Shown here: positions 49,479-62,000 of the stretch, in pieces
How positions within the stretch are numbered: position 1 is the first letter of the stretch
Layout: each line of letters starts with the position of its first letter
Assembly (NCBI GenBank): GCA_001662655.1
Contig: KV460217.1
Direction: 5' to 3' (one strand)
Length of the DNA: 64,000 nucleotides
Source of the DNA: Pseudogymnoascus verrucosus
Taxonomy: Eukaryota
Notes under the pieces: generated by a model
What the model saw: the letters and a program-made list of their open reading frames with translations, nothing else
The model's database searches: none
What the model was told of the DNA's origin: nothing
Position numbers and translations under genes: made by a program

Positions 49479-50878
49479 TCAAGCGTGCTCCCAAGCCTGG
49501 AGATCCAGGATGCGCTCTTCCCGCGAGACCAGCGATTCCAGCGATCGGTACTGTGCGAGTGTTAGAAGAAGGTTTTTGAGGTTGCGGGAGGGGGGTTGAG
49601 GGGTGAACTTACCATCGCGGATCTCTGTGCGCGCGGGCGGCCACGACTCGATGCGAAGAGCGCATCGATTCGGGCCCGTAGGCGGACCTCAGCGCGGTCG
49701 GGAAGAGGACCCGGATTGGCGACGGCGGGCACGGGAACGGCGACGGCAGCCGCTGGGCCGACGGCCGGCTCGATGTCGACGATGTTGACCGGAGCGACGA
49801 CAACCAGAGCAACTGGCTGTGCCGGAGCGGCAACAAAGTCGACGAGACCGGCACGATCGGTGGTGCCAGCAGCGTCAACGGCCGAACCCGAAGGCGCGAC
49901 GACAGGCTTCGCGACAGCAGTCACTGGAGTTGCCAATACAACGTCCAGGAAACTTGGCCGCTCTGGAGTTGCCAATACAACTTCCAGAAAGGATGGACGG
50001 GCGACCTCCACGATTCTGGAGCGCCTGCCACCCGAGGAAGTTGGGCGCAGGACGCGAGATCCAGAGGCGGAGGCCGGGTCCGCGGCCAAGATGCTGCCGG
50101 TCCAACGGCGCTGTGGCGACCGGTCACCCGCACCGTCGTCCTCCACATCTCTGGAGCGCTTGCAGCCCGACGAAGTCGAGCCCAAGACGCGAGATCCTGA
50201 GACGGAAGGTGGCTGCGACGGCGCAGGTTTGCCGGTGTCACCGGGGAGAGAAGCCGGCGAGGGTCGTGGGCCGAATCCGGGACTGGTGCTGCGACGGCGG
50301 CGCTGCGACGACCGCTCACCCGCACCGTCATCCTCCACATCTCTGGAGCGCTTGCTACCCAAGGAAGCAGGGTACAAGGCGCCGGATCCAGAGATGGAAG
50401 GTGACTGCGATGGCGCAGGTTTGGCGGGTCCAGACACCGAAGACCGCCGAGCCAGTGGTCGAGGGCTGGCGCTCCAGATGCCACCCCCGGGTGCCTCGCG
50501 CTTGATCCCGCGCTCTCCATCGGGATTGGAGGCGGCGCGGATCGGAGAGGCGCTTGGCGACGGCCGAGGGACGTCCGAGAGGCTGAGGCTACGAGAGGCG
50601 GAAGATTCTCGTACCGGAACCGAGGTCTCGGTGAAGGCTGGAGAGCCCGAAAGTCGAGGAGGAGGGGTTGGAGAGCCGGCGCGACTGCCGCTGGACTGGA
50701 CGACCCAGTTCTCCGTGCGGTCGATGCGATCGACAGCGTCGACGTGCTCGATCGACGGAACTGGGACGTCACAGTCCAGGGCGGAGGAAGAGGAGGAGGA
50801 GGAAGCCGAGGTTGAAGCCGTGTAGGAAGACGGCGGAGCTCTCGGGAGGGTAAGCTTGAGGTGGCGAGGAGGTGCCAT
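49479..50878 (-). CDS. Orphan S/P/A/R-rich protein (about 445 aa) with internal repeats
   Basis: ATG 50878 follows a C/A-rich leader and a TATA-like element near 51056-51061. Canonical intron 49612-49551 (GTAAGT..TTCTAAC..CACAG); last exon YRSLESLVSREERILDLQAWEHA*. Internal repeat periods of 192, 135 and 39 bp are all multiples of 3. Confidence 0.65.
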
Positions 50879-51241
50879 TGTCGTTGGCGGTGGTTGTGGT
50901 TGTGGTTGGTGGTATTGGTGGCGGGTGCCGAAATCGTTTGTTGGTTGGTTGGTTGCTGGTTGGTGCTTTTGGAGCTTTTGAAGCTTTTCGTCAGTTTCGA
51001 TTTGTGAGAAGTTGGAAGAAAGGAGAAAAAGGGGGGGCCGGACTTGGAGAGGGATATATCAGGGCAACACTCACAATGCGGTCTATCCTGATATTCAGGC
51101 CCCATTGCGCTTCACATTGAATCCAGTAGCCGAATTGTGGGTGTGCCGCCAATAGGGGCTAACAATTGAAGCAACCCGCGCTTAATTGGTGATACTGGCG
51201 GCAAGCGGGGCTAAGCGCCAAATCCTCAATAGACAATACAA

Positions 51242-51287
51242 ACTGACAATAGGAACCGGTAAGCGATTATACTGACAATAGGAACCG
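51242..51287 (+). repeat. 17-bp direct duplication ACTGACAATAGGAACCG (period 29)
   Basis: Copies at 51242-51258 and 51271-51287. Confidence 0.9.
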
Positions 51288-51825
51288 AGCACCCACACTC
51301 CGTTAGAGTGAATATTGGTGCCTCACCAAGTTCGAAGATATTACAGCTCATATGTGATGGTATTGCGCCAGCTAGAGCCTGAAGCCTGAAGATGCGTGGT
51401 TGGGAATTTACACCAGTAATTAATTTGATAGAATTTTCTTTATTTGACTACACTTTGAGCAACTGGCTCCTACAAACTGTATAATACGGTCAAAATATGA
51501 TAATAAAAGCTGTTAGTGATTGAGCGCCATGATTTTTCGGAACGGTTGCTGTAAACATTTGCTGTGGAGTACAGTCACTGAGAGGCCAAAAAAATCCGTC
51601 AAATACCCAATTTATAAAACACCATTCTCTTGTATTATTATCATATCAAATTCTTTTAGGCATTATAACTAAGAATATCGTGAAAGCAGGTGAGCGACGT
51701 AGGTCGCCATTGTGGCACCCCTGTCAAAATCCCCAGCTAGTAGAGAAGAGCCGCACCTTAAATCGCGACCCAAGAACCAGCCAGCCTCGGCCACCGTCAG
51801 GGTCCATGAATTATTTGCCCGCGCA

Positions 51826-53739
51826 ATGAATCTCAACACCCTCACATCCAGTCTACGGCGGTCCTTCCGGCCCAGGGCAAAAGTATTATGGACGAGTGAC
51901 TGGGTATGCAAGTCCTGCAGGATAAACAGCGTCGCTGTCCGGCCGCGGGCACGGTTTTCCAGCACGAAGACGCCCATGGAGAAGCCGTACTACATCACCA
52001 CCCCGATATTCTACGTCAATGCCGGTACGCACCTCCCAAAGCCTCGTAATAGAAGAAAGAAAAAAGAAGCATTTCTAACGCATCCCAGCTCCCCATGTAG
52101 GCCACCTCTACACCATGGTCCTAACCGACATCCTCAAGCGCTTCCAACAGCTCAAAGGGCGCCCCGCAATCCTCTGCACCGGCACCGACGAGCACGGTAT
52201 GAAAATCCAACAAGCCGCCTCCCTCTCGGACGAAGACCCAAAGGAATTCTGCGACCGCGTGTCCGAGACATTCAAGCAGCTCGCCGCGCGCGCAGATCTC
52301 TCTTACGACCACTTCATCCGCACAACTGATCCGGATCACAAGGAAGCTGTGCAGCATTTCTGGCAGCTACTGCAGGAACGGGGGTATATCTACGAGAAGA
52401 AACATGAGGGGTGGTACTCTGTTAGTGATGAGACATTCTATCCCTCCTCCGCGATCGAGAAGCGCCTCGATCCCGCTACGGGGCGTACTTTCATGGCTGC
52501 ACAGGAGACGGGGAAGGAAGTAGAGTGGACGGCCGAAACGAACTACCACTTCCGCCTCTCCGCTCTCAAAGAGCCCCTGTTAGCTTTCTACAAACAAAAC
52601 CCCAACTTCGTCGTCCCCGCAACCCGCATGCGCGACATCGAGCGCTGGGTCACCGAGGGTCTAGAAGACCTCTCCGTCTCCCGCCCCATCAACCGCCTCA
52701 CATGGGGCATTCGCGTCCCGAACGACGAGACGCAGACAATCTACGTCTGGCTCGACGCGCTGGTGAACTACATCACCAAAGCCGGCTTCCCATCCGCCTC
52801 CTTCTTCGACGGCGTCGCCGGCTGGCCCGCTGACGTCCACGTTATCGGGAAGGATATCATGCGGTTCCACTGCATTTACTGGCCTGCGTTCCTCCTCGCC
52901 CTGGATCTACCGCTGCCGAAACAGGTGTTGACGCATGCGCATTGGACGCTGGGACATAGTAAGATGGCGAAGTCGACGGGGAATGTAGTCAATCCCTTCT
53001 TTGCGATGGATCGGTTTGGGGTTGATGCTATGCGGTTTTATCTGGCGCATGATGGGGGGATAACGGATGATGCGGATTATGCGAATGCGAATATTGTGGA
53101 GAGGTATCGGAAGTGCCTTTCGGGCGGCCTTGGGAACTTGCTGCAGAGGGTGACGGGGACGAAGGTTTGGTCTGTTAGTGAGGCTGTTGAGGCTGCGGCC
53201 AAGGGGGAGTTTGAGGTGGGGGAGAATCCGATTGAGGCGGTGCATGGGGTGGGAGGGGTGGTGGATGGGCATTTTAAGGAGTTGAATCCCAGGGCGGGTT
53301 TACATGAGATTATGCGCGTGATTTACGATGTTCGTCCCCCCTTCCCTTCCTTCCCCCAACCTTTCAACTCGGTCTCCAGGCAGTACTGACACCCCTCCAG
53401 ACAAACAAATACCTCCAAACCACCGCCCCCTGGCTCATCGCCAAATCCGGCACCCCCTCGAGCGAAGCAGAAGTCCGCCGCATCATCTTCCACGCCTCAG
53501 AAGCCCTGCGCGTCTCGGCGATACTGCTGCAGCCTTATATGCCTACCAAGGCAGCACAGATCTTGGATACGCTTGGGGTGGAGCGGGGGAGGAGGGGGTT
53601 CGGGGACGCGGTTGTGGGGGGGGATTTGGGGTATGGGAGGGTTAAGGTTGTGGAGGGGGAGAGAGAGGGGGGAGTGGGGAAGAAGAAGGGGAAGGGGGCG
53701 TATGGGACGATTTTTCCGCCTTTGGCTGTGGAGGAGTAG
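51826..53739 (+). CDS. MSM1: Mitochondrial methionyl-tRNA synthetase
   Basis: Basic presequence, YYITTPIFYVNA|APHVGHLY (HIGH motif), GTDEHG, YVWLDALVNY, IGKDIMRFH, KMAKS. Introns 52025-52088 and 53330-53400. Confidence 0.94.
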
Positions 53740-54499
53740 GGAGGGGAGTGATGGCTGATGGCTAATGGCTGATGGGAGAGTGATGCGAAAGGTGATGAGA
53801 GGGAGTGTGCGTGGTGTGATCTGGCTGATATGGCCGATGCGGGTGAGGGGCGGTGTGTACGATTTAAGGCGCTCGGATCCCTGACCTCTCTGTGTGATGG
53901 GCTGGACTGGTCTGGGATTTCATGTATATTGTCTGTTGTGTCTCTACTACTGTAAGATAAGAGAGAGCGATGACTGGGTGTAAACTACTGTATAGATAGT
54001 AATTTTTTGTTGATATCCCTCATATCGTATGTTGTATACCGCCGGGCCGTTGTTTGTTTATGACTCGTCTGCTGCTGTATGTATGCGACTGACTGTTGAT
54101 ATCACTGTCGGACAATGGGTGTCTTACTGATAGTGTATGAATCGGCGGGCGACGGCGACGCGCAGATTGTGTCTTTGTCTTGTCTTTGTCTTGTTTACCC
54201 TCTCCGAGCAGTTCTCGTGATACCCTCCTTACCTGCAGTTTGTTTACACCTCCCCGCGATGCCGTTCCCGTAATCACTTGACTTGATTACCACCTGTTCT
54301 CGTCGTGGTCTCGACCCATCTCATCCCTCCCACCATGCCTCAAAGTACCAGTACATCTCTCCCATCGAAGCCTCCAACACGCTAACCGACACTACCCGAG
54401 CCCTACCACCCCCCTACCATACTTCTGCAGGTCATCACCCTACAATCACCTAGACCTCCGCCATAAATCCAGTCCCGCGCCTGTTTCCATCGAGATTCT

Positions 54500-54769
54500 A
54501 TTACCCTAGAAGTACCTTTCTACCCTCTCGCACCTTCTTCGTCTACCATGCTATTACCCTAGAAGTACTCCAGAGCCACTGTTCTCATTACCCTAGAAGT
54601 ACTGATACTTCTACCACTACTTTCTACTACTAACCTTCTATCCCATCTCCCCATCCTCCTTCCTCGTCCGCCTCTCTTTTCCCCCAATTCTCCCCCAAAA
54701 TAGTCTCAAAACTCCCCAATCCGCTCCAATCAACCCATAATCGACCTTCCATCCATTACCCTAGAAGTA
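54500..54769 (+). repeat. Four exact dispersed copies of ATTACCCTAGAAGTA
   Basis: Copies at 54500, 54553, 54587 and 54755; inverted partial TACTTCTA at 54606-54613. Confidence 0.92.
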
Positions 54770-55673
54770 TCCAACCCCCCCCCCATCCCCATCACCCCGT
54801 CATCCACCTTCCCCCAACGTCAACATCCCCCGCCACTACAACGTCAAGCTCCCCTCCCCTCCCCGCCAAAAATTCTCACATCTCACCACATTTCCACCCT
54901 AATCAAGCATCAATCAACTACCCACTAGCCCACCCGGCCGGACTTGCAACCCCGATCTCTCTAACAAATACGTCGTTTTAGACTTTCCCACGCCCGCAGC
55001 CGTGCCATTTGCTGCTGCTCCTCCTGCTGATGTTGTCCTCGCTGGCGCGCATCCGCCTCCGTGATTCTCTGGTCCGCCGCTAGGGATTGCGCTCCCGTCG
55101 CGGTCTTGTGCGAGACAACAGACAACCCCCCCCCCAGCGGCGCGCGCGGAGATACTGGGGGGAAAAGGGCTATGTACCGCGCCCTTTGGATGGATGACAC
55201 TGGCATTTTCGGGGCGCGAGAGGTCGATTGGAGAGGTATCCTGCCTATTTCCCATTATCTCTTTACCGCTCTTAGGAGGGACATGTCTTAGTGGAGCTAG
55301 GGTGGTGGTGCACTGCCTGCTGATATCGATACGGGGTTGATCCAGATAAGCTGGGTTGCTGGTTGTGGTGGTGGTGGTGGTGGTGGGTTGTATTTTTGGG
55401 AACCATATATATTGGGACCCCCCGCCTCATACCATTTCTCTCCCTTCTTTTTTTTTCTTTCTTCTCTGTTATTCTCTCTCTCTCTCTCTCTCTACTCTAT
55501 ATACATCTCTCGTCTTGTCTTGCCTTACTTCCTTCTTTCAGAACATAGAAGAGGATATATATTCAACATTTATCATATCCATTTTGTTGTTCTCACTTGA
55601 TATCACTCTTCAACATCAGTTGTGATTGCATCTCCTTGCCACGACTACTTCTCATATCACTTTCGATCTCACA

Positions 55674-56977
55674 ATGGGTTCTATCACGCCCCCGGTTTCA
55701 CCTTCTTACCAGAAACTATGGAGGGAGACACCATGCATTGAGTCTCGCGCTCTCTCCCAAGTAGCAGGATGGTACGCGTCCCCCCTCTACCCATCCTCCC
55801 CCTCCCAACCCTTTCCACCCTCTCACCACCACCCCGCCATCCTCCCCCATCACACCCCTCCGCCCTTCCTTCCACACCCCCCGCTAACACCCCCCGCAGC
55901 CGCATCTTCCTCAAACTCGACCACCTCCAACCCTCCGGCTCCTTCAAATCCCGCGGCATCGGCCACCTCATCTCCCTCGCCAGCACCCGCACCAGCAACC
56001 CCCACTTCTACTGCTCCTCCGGCGGCAACGCCGGCCTCGCCTGCGCCACCGCCTGCCTGACTCTCGGCCACCCATGCACCATCGTCGTCCCCGCCGCCAC
56101 CATGTCCTTCATGGTCGCCAAGCTGCGCGCTCTCGGCGCCACCGTGCACCAAGCGGGAAGAAACTGGAAGGAGGCTGATAACTTCCTGAGGGAGAGCGTT
56201 ATGGGGCGCGGTTCTCACAGCGGGGAGGAAGTATATGTTCCTCCCTTTGACCATCCTGATATCTGGGAAGGCGCGAGCAGTCTCGTGCCAGAGCTAGAGA
56301 GGGACATGAAATCCGTCGGCGGGTATGACGGGGTCGTATGCTCCGTCGGCGGCGGCGGTCTTTTGGTAGGCATCGCAGACGGACTCCGCCAAGCCGGCCG
56401 CACGAAGCAAGTCGGTATTCTCGCTGTCGAGACCGAGGGCGCTGCTAGTCTGGCCACCAGTCTCGAGGCAGGGAAGGTGGTCACCCTACCGGGGATCTCG
56501 TCAATCGCTACGAGTCTGGGGTGCGTCAAGGTGGCGGATCGCGCGTATGAGGTTGCCTGCCAGGAGGGGGTTCAGGTGGCGGTGCTGAGTGATGCGCAGG
56601 CGGCGATGGGGAGTGTGAGGTTAGCTGATCTTGAGAGGATTATGGCGGAGGTTGCGTGCGGGGTTAGTGTTGCGGCGTGCTTTGATGGGAGTTTGAGGAG
56701 GGGGTTGGGGAGGGGGTGTGGGGATGAGGAGTGGAAGGAGAAAAAGGTGGTGGTGGTGGTTTGTGGGGGGAGTATTGTGTCGACAGGGTTGTTGGAGGAG
56801 TATAGGGCGATGTATGAGGGGGTTGTGGAGAGGGAGTTGGTGGGGGGGAGGGATAGGATGGTGAGGAAGGTGTTGGAGGCGATGCCGGTTGAGGGGAAGG
56901 ATTTGGAGAAGGGGGGGTTTGAGCATCTGGGGGTGCAGAAGGTTGATCAGGGGTTTCAGTGGGCGGTGCGTGCGTGA
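55674..56977 (+). CDS. PLP-dependent L-serine/threonine dehydratase (Cha1/SDS family)
   Basis: LWRETP..|RIFLKLDHLQPSGSFKSRG, SSGGNAG, PFDHP, VGGGGL, VCGGS. Intron 55772-55899. Confidence 0.92.
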
Positions 56978-58550
56978 GCGTGGTGAGATGGATTAATGAT
57001 GGGTGATGGGAATGAGTCCGATTTTCTACGGGGAATAAGGATGAGGCTGGCGTTTGGGATGGGGGAATAGAAATAGGCTCTTGATTGGAGCTGTGCGTAG
57101 ATTTTTGCTTGACTTGGCTGGGGTTAATGAATGAATGGGAGGGGTTTTATGGTTAGATTTCGAAATGAATTTTATCATGGATATGATTTGGCCCTTTTGA
57201 TGATGTGTGTTGAGGTTATTTGCAACTACATTTGAGAGGATTATATTTGATCTTACAAATCCAAAACCATTTTTAAAAAATAAGAATGAAGGGAGTGGTT
57301 AATTATTATTAGATCTAGAAGTATACTTTTATCTGACTTACTCTCTGTATTTTCAGCGTGTGAAGGGTTATTTCTTATATTTCCAAGATCTATTTTATGT
57401 TTAAACTAGTATTTTATTAATAAATTAGAAGAGTTATTTATTTAGATGGAAATATGTTATTATCTTACTATTTATTTAGGCCTAGAAAAAAACAGCGAAG
57501 CCACCTATTATTAAGCCCATAAAATAGATTTCATCACATATACAATTTCACCCTTTTGACGTGGTGTGAATTCTGTTAATGCTGCCGTCGAGGTGGGATT
57601 GATCTACAACCAGTCACGTGACAGCCAGCCACCCACAGACCTCCCTGAATGTCGTGAACCCTGTCTTACGCGTATAGTACATAAAGCCAAAGTACCCTTT
57701 ACAGTCAATACGCAAACAATATAACCAGTCTCCTGCATCAAAAAACTCCATCCACTTGTAAAACAGAACAAGACATAACATATCTGTTCAGAAGCAAAAG
57801 AGCGAGAATCATTTTTGCCACTCATATCAGATTCACATATACGGATACATATTCATATATGTGAGATGGTATAAATAGGAGAGGATGCATAGATGTAAGT
57901 GGTGGTTGGCTGATTCCGTCTATCTAGGCTGCCGTATTGAATAGGAGGTGGTGGATGTGTTCTGGGCCCACAAGCCGGAAGGGAATGAGGAAGGAAAGTG
58001 GATCAGAGGAGAGTTGGGGTGCAGGGAGGAAGAGTGACGAAGACGGGGATAGGATAGGATGGATAGGGATGGATTTAATTGTGGGAAGAGATGGAGAGAG
58101 AGACGAGGAGTTCGAGTACATACATCTGGATGGCAATCTGGGGATGTATTTATCGCATTTATTTTGTAGTTCTATGCTGCCTCAAAGTAAACTATATAAA
58201 ATAATAGAAATAATAAACAACCAGTTGTGAAGAGTGAATTATTGAACCCCCTTCGTTAACGGTGACGACAGTAATATTAAGTGCCATTTTTTTTTTTTTT
58301 TCCTGGTCTGGTCGCAATCAGTCGAGGTTCCATCCCATCCCCCCCAATCCCTCTCGCTTACCCAGTCTTGCCTGCTTCTGTCCATAGTTTTACTAGGTAG
58401 TTTATCGACAATCGTCTCCTCTTCCCTGTTGAAATAGGCAAACGGACCATTTTCCTTTCCGATCCCCCCTCTCTCTCTCTTCCTCCACTTCTCATCCTCT
58501 CATCCACATACATCCCTCCATCCTCTCTCTTATTTCCTTGTTACCTTACA

Positions 58551-58920
58551 CACACCACCCACCACTATCAACCACCAACCACCAACCACCACTACTACCA
58601 CTACTACTACCATCAACAACCACCACCACTACTAACCACTACTAAATCTAAAATATTACCACTCCACACACCACCATCCACACCCACCACACCACTTTCC
58701 TGACACCACCGCACACTCCAACACACACCAAACACACTGCAACTACACCTAACCTACGCTACTCCTCCTCACAAACACAACCCACCACAACCCACTCCAG
58801 CACACCCTCACAGTGTCCAAACCCAAGAATTAATCCCACGATCCCGCCTTCACTCTATCAGAACGACAAACCACCCATCCACGAAAACACATCAATCAAT
58901 TAAACCCCAACACCACGACT
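58551..58920 (+). repeat. Low-complexity (ACC/ACT/CA)n tract upstream of EAF1
   Basis: Only 5 G in the 240 nt of 58561-58800 (hand count). Confidence 0.8.
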
Positions 58921-59026
58921 TATCCATCAATCTCCACCGATAAATCACATCCCGCGACCACCGCCAACACCGCTCCGACGGTCGTTTCCTCGAAAACGGA
59001 TGTCGCACGCCTCATCCTGAAATGCG

Positions 59027-62000
59027 ATGTCGAATGAGGTCGTGCTTGCCGGTCGCAAGCAACTAACGACGAGTCGCGAGAACGACATCGAGTAAGTCGC
59101 ACACCACAACCCCCGAAAATCACCCAAACGCCGCGTCGCGTTCCAACTTTTACCATTTTAATTATCCTGCTGTGTTGGTTTGTATTTATTAGACACGGGA
59201 CAATTGATCTGACGACCATCTAGTTTAATAGAGCGATCGCGCAAGCGCAAACTCCGCGAACTGTACGCCGTCGCGACCTGCGATGGGCCCATCCCTCTAC
59301 CTGCCTTTCTCGATCTCAACGCCCCCATTTCGGAAGCTACACCTGCTGAGCGCGCGTTCTTAACCTTGAATGATATCAAAGAGTGAGTTCCCCCGAATTT
59401 ACCCCGGTCGCAATGTCGAGTTCGGCGTTGTAAGGTACCTTTGTGCTGATACTTTGCAAACAGAGGTCTCATCTTAAAAGAACACACGATCCCCTCGCGA
59501 CGACGCCTCCGATCCGATGCGCCCAGAGCGTCAGTGGGAATCGATAAGTCGAGCCTAGTGTCGCGGGCGAGCGCGCCACTGGATTACGCTCAAAGAGATG
59601 GGAGGGAGTCGCTCCAGGAACGGCCGAAGACAGACGCCTCTTACAACACTGGGCCTTTGTACGCCAAGGCACCTGCGACTGTTGAGCGGCCTTTGTCCCG
59701 GACGACGCCACCGCGAGGATTGCAGGATGGAAAGGCCGCTGGACCGAGACGGAAATCAATCCCTCGCGAGGAGGCGCTGAGGATCGATCGAGCTGTGACG
59801 ACAAAGGTGCAGACTCCGACTGCCTTGCTGGATGCTGCTGTGGATGAGACGCTGGGCGATGCGATTTACAATGCGAATAACCCGCCTGCGCCTACCAAGG
59901 ACGATGCACCGACCCGCGAGATGTTAGAGAAGGATCACGTCGTCAAGAAGGCTGAAGCTACCCCCGATACACCTGGTGTCGATCCGAACGTGGCGATTCC
60001 AAAGTCGGCGGAAGATGCGGCGCAGTTGCCTGACCTTATAGTTAATGGCGCCAACGACCCTACCCATAAGCCGTCGACTGTCCATCTACCGCCGCAGGAG
60101 GCGCAGGAGGCGGCGATTAAGGAGAGGGAGGACCAGAGACATGCTGTGAGGGAGGAGAGGTCTGTTGATACGGCTGCGGCGAGGTTGGCCCTCGAGGTGC
60201 CTGCTCAGCACGAGAGACAGGTACAGGCGGATGTGGCATCGTCCCCTGGATCGACAGTCGGACCACTCTCCGCAACGACTTCGGCTCACCACCACGAGAC
60301 CTCCGCTGATACGAGCCCAGACAACGAGGCTCACCACTACGACCAAGAAGTCGCAGAGGAGAAGGTCGTCCCGGAAACTCCACCTGAGCTGGCACCTACC
60401 CAGGAAGAAGTGCGGGAGAAGGATGCACATGATAGAATACTAAAATCCCAGATCGACGTTGCGCGCGAGCACATCCTCGGAAGCAGCCCGACCGCCGCTG
60501 ATACGCAGTTATTGGAAGAGCAGGCCGCGGCTGCCTCGACTATCCCTGGGAAGGAAGGAGCTGCCGCCCGTCCCGCTAAGGCTGAGGTCGATGGACGTCA
60601 GCCGGAGGTGAGGGAGTTGGCGGGGGCGCCCGAGACGGCGAATGAACTTATGGATGATGAGAAGGAGGATCAGGATGAGGTTGTGGGTGTGCCGACTCCG
60701 GATGAGAAGGTGCCTGAACCTATGCCGGCGGCTGTTGAGGCATTGAAGAAGGAAACCGTGCCACAGCCTGCTGAGGAGGTACCTGAGCCTATGGACGTCG
60801 ATGTGCCGGAGCCAGCTCAGGCTAAGGGGAAGGAGGTTGAACAGGCTGCCCCAGCTCCGGAACCTATGGATGTTACGGAGCCAGCGACGACTGCGCCTGC
60901 TAAGCCTGAGGAGCCTAAGGAGCCGTCTGCGGAACGTGCGACCTCGACTGCGGTATCGACTCCGTCGATTGAGCGGATGACGACCCGCGTTGCGTCTGGT
61001 GCGATGAGGCATAAGTCTGTGTCGGAGATCCTAGGAGAGACTCCACGACCAAGCTCATTGAATACACCGGAAAGAACACCAGGGCGTGCTCTGGCCGAGA
61101 CCGATTCGAACCTCCCATCAGGGGTATCTACGCCAAAGTCCACTACGTCACGGATGCGAAGCCTGACTGAGCGCGCGCGCGAGAAGGAGCGCAGCAAGCT
61201 CTCCACCGTCGTATTCGCCAAACAGCCAGTGACCAAAGACACCAAGACGTCTGCACTGATCAGCGCGAACGCCAAGCCCCAGGGAACCGAATACCCCGAC
61301 TACTTCATGCCCCTAATCAACGCGCAGAGCTACACCGCGATCCGCGGCTACCAAACCCTCGAAGCCCTCCTCGCGAGCGCGCACAAGACCATCACGACCA
61401 CCAACGCCGCCCTACCCTTCCAAGAAGCGCAAGCCCAGAAGATCATCCGCCGCATCCACAGCCTGCAGAACCACGATAAGTGGTCCCTACGCCAGCCGAA
61501 GCGCAGCCCGGAACCGATCCGCCCGACGACGCATTGGGATGAGCTGCTAAAGGAGGCGCGGTGGATGAGGACGGATTTTAGGGAGGAGAGGAAGTGGAAG
61601 ACGGCGTTGGCGAGGAGGGCGGCGTGGGAGTGCGCGATGTGGGTTAATGGGGATCAGGAGGTGAGGGAGGGGTTGGTGAGGAAGGTGAAGGTGGGGGTTT
61701 TGGAGTCGGTGGAAGGGGGAGAGGAGATGGTGGTTGATGCGGAGGGTGAGGTTGCTGGGGAGGCGAATGCTGAGGATGAGGTGGCTGCTGATGCTATGGT
61801 TGATACCGATGCTGAGGTGTCGCATCCTACGCCTGATCTTGTGCCGTCGTCGGATAACGATACACCGCTTGATGAGTTTGATGATGAGCCTCGGATTAGT
61901 TTGCTCGAGACTGTTGCGCCGACTGCTATCTTCTCGCTGGACAATGATGATCTGGTGTTTGGACTTTCGAGGTCGGCGGCTTCGGATAAACTACTCCAGG

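Noticed and set aside
48894..49565. 223-aa plus-strand ORF
   Set aside because: It runs through repeats with periods of 41 and 56 bp (not multiples of 3), is A-rich and so poor in stops, and overlaps the better-supported minus-strand last exon.
49596..51105. 409-aa (+) and 394-aa (-) ORFs overlapping the orphan gene
   Set aside because: They lack convincing ATG starts and are explained by high GC; only the 50878 frame has a leader, an ATG and a canonical intron.
48709..51358. 10-bp inverted match ATCACATATG/CATATGTGAT as transposon TIRs
   Set aside because: The match does not extend and has no target-site duplication; likely chance.
54500..54769. CRISPR-like repeat-spacer array
   Set aside because: Eukaryotic context, repeats only 15 bp, irregular spacers and no cas genes.
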